This document shows, in pieces, positions 20,201 to 25,199 of a DNA stretch of 25,199 nucleotides. Below the pieces are notes generated by a model that worked only from the letters and a program-made list of their open reading frames with translations, searched no databases and was not told the origin of the DNA. The stretch lies in contig JAUIHU010000001.1 in assembly GCA_030432175.1 (NCBI GenBank), positions 1-25,199 of the forward strand, written 5' to 3'. Both the position numbers and the translations under genes were made by a program. Source of the DNA: Verrucomicrobiia bacterium (GTDB lineage Bacteria; Verrucomicrobiota; Verrucomicrobiia; Limisphaerales; JAUIHU01). Position 1 is the stretch's first letter, and each line of letters starts with the position of its first letter.

Positions 20201-21509
20201 GTTCCGTCTGGGGCAGATGACTGGTGGCTTTTCGGATCAGGAATCTGCTTGGCGCGTTCTGTCGAATGATATTTTCAAAGCTGTAGCTCGGTTGATTGAA
20301 GAAACGCCCATTGGCGCATCAAGCTGGCTTTGGGCAGACCCTGACTGGAATCTGGATTTCCTGAATCAAATTTTCTTCGAGCTGGGTTGGGAGTTGGATT
20401 CATCGGATATTCAGGCGTTAGCGCAGGCTCTTGCTGATCAAGCAGCATTTCTGGATACAATCATGATGAATGAACTCGCCTTGGAAGAAGAAGATCAGCG
20501 CGTCCAGGCGTTGGCTCAATTGTCTCAATTTCGTGCTTATTTGAAGAGAGATTGGAAGGGCTCTCTTGCTGCTTTGGGAAGAGGAGAAGTTTCAAGCGCC
20601 GATTGGATGGATGCGCATTCTGGCGCTGCAATGGAGAGTTTGATACTAACACAATCCACTTTGAATCCAGTGGGTCAAAACCTCAGTCCTGGCCGTATTT
20701 CCTTGATAGTCAGGGAATATGCAGCTTACGAATCAGAGTTGAGAATTGGAGTAGAGGTGAACCGTACTGGTGGATCTCTGGGGGCAGTGAGTGGCGTATT
20801 ACAACCCTTTTCCGGGCAAGCGGAACTGGGTGTTGATGTACTTTCGGATCCGGTGACTTTCAGTTTTAGTTCAGGGGAAGCTGGTTCCAAAATAGTTTAC
20901 TTAGGAATTCTGGATGATGATGAAGCTGAAGAAAACGAAGAATTTTTCATTGAGCTTGTGTCGGTTTCGGGAGGCGCAGCCTTGGATGTTCCGGTAAGAA
21001 TTGCAGCTACCATTCTAGACGACGATTCGGACTCTGCTGCGATATCCGTTCGTTTACGACCTGAATTTAACGCCGGTCAAAATATGATGACCCTGGCCTG
21101 GCCTGAATTCCTTGACGGATTTTCGGAACTGCAATCGTTGGATGGTTTTGGTGACACGGGTGGATGGCGCTCTGTGTTAAAAGATGGTTCAGTAGTTTTG
21201 TTTGGGATCCGGCATTTAACTGTGCCAATTGAAGCAGAGGGTTCCCGGTTTTACAGATTATTGATCGAGCCTCCAGCCCTTGGGATGCGAAACATTAACG
21301 GTGTGGCCACGATCGTCTGCCCGACGGTTGGAGATGGAATGGTTCTTGAAATGCTGGATCTTTCGAACCCGGAAGCAGGTTGGATTCCTGTTCCAGTGTC
21401 CCCTGGCGATAAGGTTAAGGATGAAGCCAAACAAGCCTGGTTAATTCCGGTTCCTCCTGGCTCTGAGGGTCGGTTGTTCCGGTTAAGAGGGGAAATGGAG
21501 GAGTTTTGA
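11253..21509 (+). CDS. Giant (3418 aa) secreted multidomain surface protein/adhesin: beta-helix-like head, SdrD-B-like, cadherin, Calx-beta and golvesin-like domains
   Basis: Uninterrupted 10.26 kb ORF with a Sec-type signal (KLLALPLSLTIAFSVGQA|Q) and repeated recognisable domain motifs, listed separately below. Start is GTG 11253 or ATG 11259, downstream of GGTAGGGA. Confidence 0.93.
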   Translation: MNMQLKSSLAKFSGSVVSLTKFSKLLALPLSLTIAFSVGQAQNLSIREAKSGEIPRPVEAYSDLNSWWGQGKDHFWLASDNLDSPSESQVNVQRAIASREALIEIEVEPSGSLTIQQALDQVVSGGRIILKNGEYAERIRIDKPVTILGDGEVTITSPNDETIGSVVSIRSSGVTLENMTITGARGTGRNGAGVRVSGADISQLKFENVNASQNLGDGFAFIVSGKYSAIEFLGTNARLNEGFGIGFYGGTAISGRNHELSDILFEGNRDDRGVVAFNEAGGISIRLGSGAQELRHQIGNIIFRDAVLETNYGVSQLIIQGLTHPLTFEGCWFNGGLFRGFDTSQPLPILVPSSQYAIILMGALKQEFYTPIPEVNFIANSQGQVNQFDGIYWFGVLNWIGWSDLAGVQFGESSGSGGVGLVPAVEVGATLQGEDLSDSTALLKTGGAQGNLDLSGLLMDSNRNARFDLLMGGQPFSEDPANPAPTTVAVDAKGMLFETASGDIKTIEEMTLEERFEQSSRMVTQYNPSVRNSTALGSIEMVESGDVYIVPSPGNSIQQILERVPEGSSVYVQRGNYPDDTTLNINRGLKVFFQGGLNAGGSSGTGVNIPGLSPEDISIDTGAETVEFETPSAPGLTQVEGIVYLDTNRNGTLEPGDGRLQGAVVYLDDNRNGQLDEGEISVISGADGAYLLPVVNLGIRDIVLDLPEGFAAELPTGGSYTESLIAGDNLEDRNFLQAGVGHISGVAWEDLNGDSVRDSTEPELSGLGIVLNRLSDTGQSIESLRTLTDESGVFLFERLFSGNYSFRKPVPADWILTQAPGDEGRVVSVGATPLENQDFGAFQLAAISGSIYEDENKNGVLDEGERLVSGATVSLDMQRDGSLEAFRITNESGVFHFTALESQPLSVFSLLPSLPAGSERLESELDFEITQSGQVIDDAIVGFFNPARVSGEVILQAGSDIGPAGSISVSLVDSSSGEIVDTTISALDGTFELRSSQPGEFSIQAGPLPANTRTITLPEGINLVSGSTISGQTVELALNLNPILESQTFTGTPELSPAGTVVGIIEAEDPEAGAMTFEIVSGNQIENAALRAWAFRDQLESLFDVTTTRVFETAPPIDAGKLLQGIRSVDGVNQVELYWLTENGGLFANVYPVQGIPDADADLLGEKLVQLDGSYYNNPDLLIEAFERPEGLFPFELDAATGHLALATNTLMRSQQPDGGFRLVIRVTDELGASAEGEITVDLLPANLAPAFIQNNWTREIAEASESGVSVGEPIIAEDPESQVLTYSITSQQDTLDRLIELDKIHKFQDPTGGVYSFNARGAGDKWLHGSRTRQWFYLVLDPTTRRAELYEAPKDAGRTLQLVAAGVEPLVELSDTFYEDPSLLVGIANTDPNPDAFAIDSSTGQIRVVNPQSLNPLFNPYIYLTIQVEDAGMPQLSAETEVIVRIVPTLDFPGISRFTNLRILENSPAGTRIGQLAASDPQGEEDLERFEIRYDDSGPGSESFRIDADTGELFVADGATLDFENQIFYELRVRVTDRSQRWAEGRVIVDLINVDEPAFLNVGNGLISEGNAGSKLLEIPVNLTAGFAQNIFLSYDIQSGTAAEGIDFEDASPVPGRAVIIPGDQSTHLRFNIFGDTELEADETFTVTVELAPDAPDLLSINQGDGTGTIIDDDRPRVLDNGRPGFSAIGSGWNSRTANGAYNQNLLFDESTTSSANWTFEGLEPGKYRVSVSSPALRAVGFYSVWDESRQLAAEVRQETYTWAGGLGTDFRDEEDDSIFWNDLGVYESTSGNLQVRLKNKLETAGLTQRIKLADAVRVEPVDQSPAKIFINDPFPVLYGADAVVQLELNGPVDETISVEYSIIDPNGALNDLNERSGTLVMEAGSDGAQLNLSTVNFENPGLEDERQYTVRLGPVTQGYATIVNHSAVGRVVPEELMNPQLDLLGPSSVSESTTAIPMIARLNFPASELIETRWQVGEVSESGEIGSVISSGELSFAVGIREALFEIPALDNDTPDLPNRRMVVWLTPRTPSQVISGDTSRIVELEDDDGPIIVDAPDLNFGQAIYTETNLRSGISDWSDFNTGYGGVSRMIQGNISEPGATAIGQWKVFGLVPGAFYRVSATWPGNSSFTRQAPFRIYQDDEATGDLDWVGGAFLDQSLSPDDFVTDELGRLTEQGSVYWEDVGFFRAETEDWRIQVSNNVQGVVVADAVRIERVFIPVVETIPNQTSEAGVPLEALVQLGHSDPERNLEDVEIQSVRSSSELIVPNTIRSGAGITWEPVSREQGIWRVRIQPMGIRTGLVNFTVRITDGETPVETEFSVVFQRTNFLFDFGVSGLVETPDTPFIAISKSSLYRSSMQYGWIVNRGLSVDSTEAADLALKDAVTGPVAVDFKLGGLPAGDSFEIDLLLGRDNDSLASGTLVQAIGRDENVVDSASFYYTVSEKPDSLRKVSLVATANSDGELIIRFSPYRPVTAQAGLRFAITAMQVRPLGAESVSAWESKLLAANLNGNLASANQTMTPPNPGIGLQSRVGGGGEITSMPAALWLDDGGVSFTASEGWDSIDGFGFESGLHYFASSSADETADVASWTFMNLESGIYRLAAHWEEGVNRSEQVRVRVRHQDEVYGPFVLNQKQAPEDFQKHGTNWDWVGDQEFFVAFDSFSPGTEREDGSLIPQDYNHFVVEILPSADGVTVADAVLLEAVGVEQIIASPPAELEVVEGNTIGTDLLVEVNLSTAPLDFVSLDYQVIAGSATGGVDVELGEGSLIFGPGQIVSQMLVPIFGDTRIEGDETFIIEWSNSIGVDLTRTETPVLIIDDDGGRSVQPLSDSVSVLEARIEGAMVWRDTDLNGSLDPFESVATSDSNGVAQFAILESRLNSPLRASGGIDRATGDPMIYPLSAPQSATTIHSLTTLLQSLVDEYPTIDLVEHVEKLQNVFGIDAAISVLNQNARAAFQVGFSESAARVLIAQTLIESRILGLGSFRLGQMTGGFSDQESAWRVLSNDIFKAVARLIEETPIGASSWLWADPDWNLDFLNQIFFELGWELDSSDIQALAQALADQAAFLDTIMMNELALEEEDQRVQALAQLSQFRAYLKRDWKGSLAALGRGEVSSADWMDAHSGAAMESLILTQSTLNPVGQNLSPGRISLIVREYAAYESELRIGVEVNRTGGSLGAVSGVLQPFSGQAELGVDVLSDPVTFSFSSGEAGSKIVYLGILDDDEAEENEEFFIELVSVSGGAALDVPVRIAATILDDDSDSAAISVRLRPEFNAGQNMMTLAWPEFLDGFSELQSLDGFGDTGGWRSVLKDGSVVLFGIRHLTVPIEAEGSRFYRLLIEPPALGMRNINGVATIVCPTVGDGMVLEMLDLSNPEAGWIPVPVSPGDKVKDEAKQAWLIPVPPGSEGRLFRLRGEMEEF
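11592..13030 (+). other. Right-handed beta-helix (pectin-lyase-fold-like) head region of giant protein 1
   Basis: Cap motif TIQQALDQVVSGGRIILKNGEY.E.I.IDKPVTILG followed by strand repeats (GVTLENMTITG, LKFENVNASQNLGDGF, NARLNEGFGI). A second cap motif, SIQQILERVPEGSSVYVQRGNY, lies near 12918. Confidence 0.65.
13164..14366 (+). repeat. Four tandem SdrD-B-like (Cna-B-type) Ig repeats, the fourth degenerate
   Basis: Repeats open with EGIVYLDTNRNGTLE (13164), SGVAWEDLNGDSVRD (13473), SGSIYEDENKNGVLD (13785) and SGEVILQ (14091). They contain T..DG.Y/F motifs and the first three end in NF/DFG/GFF. Confidence 0.8.
14373..15926 (+). repeat. Three tandem cadherin-like domains; the first two are interrupted by ~105-aa insertions
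   Basis: E.SP/S.G..VG/IG...A.DP starts, F.ID..TG.(L/I) cores and L.(I/V).VTD/VED ends. Domain 3 (15600-15926) is canonical and includes LDFE. Confidence 0.82.
15930..21026 (+). repeat. Dispersed Calx-beta domains (about five)
   Basis: Clear copies at 15930-16277, 19401-19712 and 20697-21026 (EG....V.L, GTA..G.D, I.GD...E.DETF, TI.DDD). More divergent copies at ~16730-17055 and ~17080-17405. Confidence 0.75.
16281..19364 (+). repeat. Three dispersed golvesin/xanthan-lyase CBD-like modules
   Basis: Copies at 16281-16718, 17409-17903 and 18888-19364 share W.(F/V)..L..G..YR(V/L)...(W/P), a (D/E)DF...W..(L/V)G segment and a terminal ADAV(R/L).E motif. Confidence 0.68.
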
Positions 21510-21551
21510 GCAACTGAGTTATTGGAAGATTAAATCATTCCTCCAAGCGCA

Positions 21552-21590
21552 AAAGCTGGAGTCATTCATTTGGCTTCAGCTTTCTTTTTT
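21552..21590 (+). terminator. Intrinsic terminator after giant gene 1
   Basis: AAAGCTGGAGTC / GGCTTCAGCTTT, a 12-bp stem with G-U pairs and an 8-nt loop, followed by CTTTTTT. Confidence 0.75.
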
Positions 21591-21905
21591 AGTTTCGCAA
21601 TGCATAAGCTTCTTTTCTGGCTGTATAGTTGGTGTTCGGGTGGCTTATAAAGTTCAGCTGTTTTGTAGATTGGGCATGCTTACTGCTGATAGATCATTTA
21701 CACGGTGGAAGGGGATTTGGTTCAGTAATGGATGTTGGAAGGCCAACCTGAGAAGGGACTGATTTTGTTCTGTTTCTAAGTTCCTGTTTAACAATTAACG
21801 TTATTACCCTGGCAAAAAAGCATTCTTAGATTGCTGGTTATGCAATGCAATCACACGTTTATGCAATTTCCGATTAACATTGGAGATATTACATCAGCTG
21901 GACGC

Positions 21906-24900
21906 ATGATTGTAAAATTGACGATATTGGTGTTGTTCATTTCCAGGTTGGTGGCAGGAGTTGCTGGTCAATCAGTGATGGAGCTTGAAGCTGGTGATGT
22001 CTCGGCGTTCGGAGCGGGGCTGGATCGGGTTGAAGCGCTTCCAGGGGTTGAGGGAAGTATTCAGCAAGCTCTGAATCAAGTGGCGGACGGAGGGCAAATT
22101 GTTTTAAAATCGGGAGAATTCCAGGAGCGTTTCATTATAGCAAAGCCAGTCACTATTGTCGGAGATGGAACGGTATTGCTTGCTGAGCCAAATGATGGAA
22201 ATCCGGGCCCGATTGTTTCAATTCAATCAACTGGAGTAACACTGGAAAATCTGACGGTATCAGGATCACAAGGAGAGGGGGTTCTGGTTTCCGGATTTGA
22301 TATTTCGAACGTCAGGTTTCGAGGGATTACTGTCAATCTGAACCAGGGTGATGGCATTGTATTTGAGGTTTCAGGAAAGTATGAAGAGATTGAGTTTTTA
22401 AATACCAATATCATTCTGAATGAAGGGATGGGGATTGCATTTATTCCTGGATTACCTGGATTGGCTGGACAAAGGGAATTGACAGGATTGCGCTTTGAAG
22501 GAAACAGGGATGATCTTGGTGTTGTTGGATTTAATGGTTCCGGTGGTATAACAATACAATTGGATGAGGCGGGCGAGGGAGTCGCAAATGTGATCGGTGA
22601 CTTCGAATTCAGAAATTTCGTGCTGGAATCCAATGATGGAGGTTCAAATTTATTGGTTCAGGGCCTGACACGGCCGATTACTTTTGAAGGATGCTGGTTT
22701 CATGGCGGTCCGATTCGAAGATTTCAATTACCCGGCAATTTCACCACAGTATCTCCATCCAGCTATTTTGGTATTACTTTAATCGGATCGCTCAAGGAGG
22801 AATCCATGACCTCGATACCGCCTGTGAGGTTTCTTTCCAACGCTGAAGGACAAAAAAATCTGTTTGATGGGATCTATCGCTTTGGAGTCTTGAACTGGAT
22901 TGGGTGGAGTGATTTGTCAGCTGTTCGGTTCGGTGGCAGAGATGAGAGTGTTGATCCAGAAATCACTTTTCCAGCAGTCGAAGTGACGGCTTCATTACAA
23001 GGGGAAAACCGGGATGATTCTGCTGCTGTTTTGATATTGAGGGGAGTTGGCGGGACTCTTGATTTGACTGGTATTCAACTTGGGATTACCCGGAAGGCTA
23101 ACCGGGACCTGATGATGGACGGGATTTACTCGGATGAGTTTCCCGAATTGTCAATCCCGTCCAGTGTGGTCGTTGATGCAACTCAATTACTCTTTGAAAC
23201 ATCCTTTGGAGAGGTCATTTCGATCAATGAGATGAGTCTGGATCAGCGCTTCGATCAATCCTCCAGAATGGTAAGCGTTTATAATCCACTAAATAAAAGG
23301 AGCGTTGCTACGGGGTTTGTAGAATTAGTTGAAGGTGGAGACGTATTTGTTACTCCGGGTTCTGGAAGAAGTATTCAGGAAACACTCGATCTGGCTCCTG
23401 CTGGCTCCAATGTTTTTATTCAACGTGGAGAATATCCCGATGACACCGAGTTATTGATTGGTCGTGGGCAAACTGTGTTTTTTCAGGGAGGATTGAGTCC
23501 TGGCGGAGAAGTAAGTGGAGGCGTACGATTACCTGCGCTGAATGCAGAGAATATTGTCGTTGATTCATCAGCTCAGGTGATTGGATTCAATACCCCGACT
23601 GACCCTGGGTTGGCGGAGATATCCGGGAGGGTGTTTCTGGATTCCAATCGAAACGGGATCCTGGATGACGCGGATCTTCCCGTTGAAGGGGTGACCGTAT
23701 ATCTGGACCAGAATCGTAATGGGACATTTGATGAAGGAGAAAGCTTTGTAACCGTCGAGGAGGATGGGGCATACAAACTGAGTGATATTAACATTGGGAC
23801 CCGTGTGTTGAGAGTGAATGTAGCTGCGGGTTACGGCGCAATTCTGCCTGCCGCTGGAAGTTATACTGAATTCCTTAGAGTTGGCAGTCGGTTGACCGGC
23901 AGGAACTTTCTGATCAGTGGAGTCGGTGTCGTAGCTGGGACAGTCTGGGAGGATGTGAATGCTGATGGTATTCGAGATACAGCAGAACCAGCCACTGATA
24001 ATATGGAAGTGATACTGAGTCGACTTGCAGAAGATGGCAGTCCGATTGAGACGTTCAGAACAAGAACAGATGAAGCGGGTACATTCACACTGCGTTCATT
24101 ATTTCCCGGTCGATACGAGTTCAGAAATCCATTTCCTGCAGGCTGGGTTTTAACTCGAAAACCTGGAGATGAGATCATGCAAATTGAGGTTGGGGGTGAG
24201 GTGTTCGACTCTCAGGATTTTGGTGGATTCAAACTCGCGAAGATCAGCGGTAAAATATATGAGGATTTCAATAAGAACGGCAGGCTGGATGACAATGATT
24301 CATTATTGGTTGGCGCGACAGTCAGTCTGGACATGGGGAGAGATGAAGGTTTGGATGCGTTTACAGTTACTGATGAATTCGGAGTTTTTGAATTTTCCGG
24401 CGTTTCATCATTTCCGTTGGGTGTGCTCACCATACTGCCTGCATTGAAGCCTGGAGCTGAAATACTGGAATCACGCCTCAACTTTGAAATCACCCACTCT
24501 GGCCAGATCATTGACAATGCTGTTCTTGGATTTTTCCGACCTGCCACTGTTTCCGGGCAGGTTGTGCTCCGCACTGAGAATACGAATGCTGGAGTTCAGA
24601 ATGTCGTTGTTTCATTGGTTAATGCAGATACGGACGTTGTGGTTGATTCGATCAGAACAGACTCCGATGGAACATTTGAATTGGTCAGCGCACAAACTGG
24701 ACCGTATGAGGTTAGAATTAACTCGCTTCCACAGAACACCCGGATGATTTCTGAGCCTGAAAGTTTCAACCTGTTTAGTGGATCGGTCATCATCGGGCAG
24801 ATCATAGAGCTGGCGCCTAACAGACCTCCAGTCATCCAACAACAAGCATTCAGTGGAATTCAGGAAATGTCGCCGCCAGGAACAGAAGTGGGATCCATTC

Positions 24901-25199
24901 TCACACAAGACCCGGATGGTGATCCTGTGAAATATGAAATCGTCTCGGGAAACAATGTGGAAACCATCGCCTCCATGGCATGGCGGTTCAGGTTGGAACA
25001 CGAGAATTTGTTGGACGTCACTTCAACTCGAATATTTAACCATGCGCTTCCAGTCCGGCCAGGGAGACTGCTTCAGGGAGTGCGGTTTGTTGATGGGGTT
25101 GAACAATTGGATCTTTACTGGCTCACATTAGATGGAGGTGTATATGAGAATTTATATGATGGATCAGAAGCGCCGGACGAAGACACAATCGTCATTGGG
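21906..25199 (+). CDS. Second giant surface protein, paralog of 11253..21509; 3'-truncated by the window edge and missing from the ORF track
   Basis: Manual translation shows the frame open from 21792 (after TAA at 21789) to the window end. In-frame ATGs lie at 21840, 21861 and 21906; 21906 gives the signal-like MIVKLTILVLFISRLVAGVAGQ. Domain order matches gene 1: beta-helix head, SdrD-B-like repeats (23616-24815), then cadherin with the same insertion. 42 of 70 residues are identical in one hand-aligned block (11592-11801 vs 22056-22265). Confidence 0.9.
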   Translation, partial: MIVKLTILVLFISRLVAGVAGQSVMELEAGDVSAFGAGLDRVEALPGVEGSIQQALNQVADGGQIVLKSGEFQERFIIAKPVTIVGDGTVLLAEPNDGNPGPIVSIQSTGVTLENLTVSGSQGEGVLVSGFDISNVRFRGITVNLNQGDGIVFEVSGKYEEIEFLNTNIILNEGMGIAFIPGLPGLAGQRELTGLRFEGNRDDLGVVGFNGSGGITIQLDEAGEGVANVIGDFEFRNFVLESNDGGSNLLVQGLTRPITFEGCWFHGGPIRRFQLPGNFTTVSPSSYFGITLIGSLKEESMTSIPPVRFLSNAEGQKNLFDGIYRFGVLNWIGWSDLSAVRFGGRDESVDPEITFPAVEVTASLQGENRDDSAAVLILRGVGGTLDLTGIQLGITRKANRDLMMDGIYSDEFPELSIPSSVVVDATQLLFETSFGEVISINEMSLDQRFDQSSRMVSVYNPLNKRSVATGFVELVEGGDVFVTPGSGRSIQETLDLAPAGSNVFIQRGEYPDDTELLIGRGQTVFFQGGLSPGGEVSGGVRLPALNAENIVVDSSAQVIGFNTPTDPGLAEISGRVFLDSNRNGILDDADLPVEGVTVYLDQNRNGTFDEGESFVTVEEDGAYKLSDINIGTRVLRVNVAAGYGAILPAAGSYTEFLRVGSRLTGRNFLISGVGVVAGTVWEDVNADGIRDTAEPATDNMEVILSRLAEDGSPIETFRTRTDEAGTFTLRSLFPGRYEFRNPFPAGWVLTRKPGDEIMQIEVGGEVFDSQDFGGFKLAKISGKIYEDFNKNGRLDDNDSLLVGATVSLDMGRDEGLDAFTVTDEFGVFEFSGVSSFPLGVLTILPALKPGAEILESRLNFEITHSGQIIDNAVLGFFRPATVSGQVVLRTENTNAGVQNVVVSLVNADTDVVVDSIRTDSDGTFELVSAQTGPYEVRINSLPQNTRMISEPESFNLFSGSVIIGQIIELAPNRPPVIQQQAFSGIQEMSPPGTEVGSILTQDPDGDPVKYEIVSGNNVETIASMAWRFRLEHENLLDVTSTRIFNHALPVRPGRLLQGVRFVDGVEQLDLYWLTLDGGVYENLYDGSEAPDEDTIVIG

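Noticed and set aside
11343-20836. Many 60-150 aa alternative-frame and antisense ORFs inside giant gene 1, considered as nested genes
   Set aside because: They are Ser/Pro/Ile-rich shadows expected from the codon bias of the sense frame, with no motifs or ribosome-binding sites.
13164-21026. Protein-level repeats considered as CRISPR, DGR template/variable repeats or tandem DNA repeats
   Set aside because: Similarity is only at the peptide level. There are no regularly spaced identical DNA repeats, no adenine-specific mismatch pair, and no cas or reverse transcriptase gene.
21672-21687. Sigma54-like GG-N10-GC element (GGGCATGCTTACTGCT) upstream of paralog 2
   Set aside because: Three mismatches to TGGCACG-N4-TTGCW and no activator gene in the window; too weak to call without TSS data.
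21510-21905. Intergenic region examined for a riboswitch (e.g. c-di-GMP), ops element, ncRNA or invertible switch
   Set aside because: Only the terminator hairpin is evident; I saw no recognisable aptamer, long inverted repeats or recombinase gene.
10688-25199. Giant genes as a mobile island inserted after hisI
   Set aside because: No integrase, transposase, tRNA or att-like direct repeat in the window; the apparent compositional difference was not quantified.

Overview
All well-supported genes in this 25.2 kb window lie on the + strand. The host is probably a PVC-superphylum bacterium, most likely Verrucomicrobiota; this is inferred from protein family styles, not from a marker gene. Left half (1-11.2 kb): a DUF903/YgdI-YgdR-type lipoprotein; a TetR regulator with a tandem palindromic operator, heading an RND tripartite efflux operon (adaptor, permease, outer-membrane factor); a Tat-exported Gfo/Idh/MocA oxidoreductase; an isolated eboA-eboB-like pair; and hisI. 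Right half: a 3418-aa secreted modular surface protein containing a beta-helix-like head, SdrD-B-like repeats, cadherins, Calx-beta domains, three golvesin/Xly-CBD-like modules, a galactose-binding-like module and two C-terminal RFYRL-type modules. It is followed by a collinear paralog that starts near 21906, runs off the window and is absent from the supplied ORF track. The most unusual signals are ~105-aa related modules inserted inside cadherin domains, the tandem giant paralogs and the duplicated C-terminal motif. No rRNA, tRNA, CRISPR array or mobile element was seen. All domain calls come from reading motifs by eye; no database search was run.
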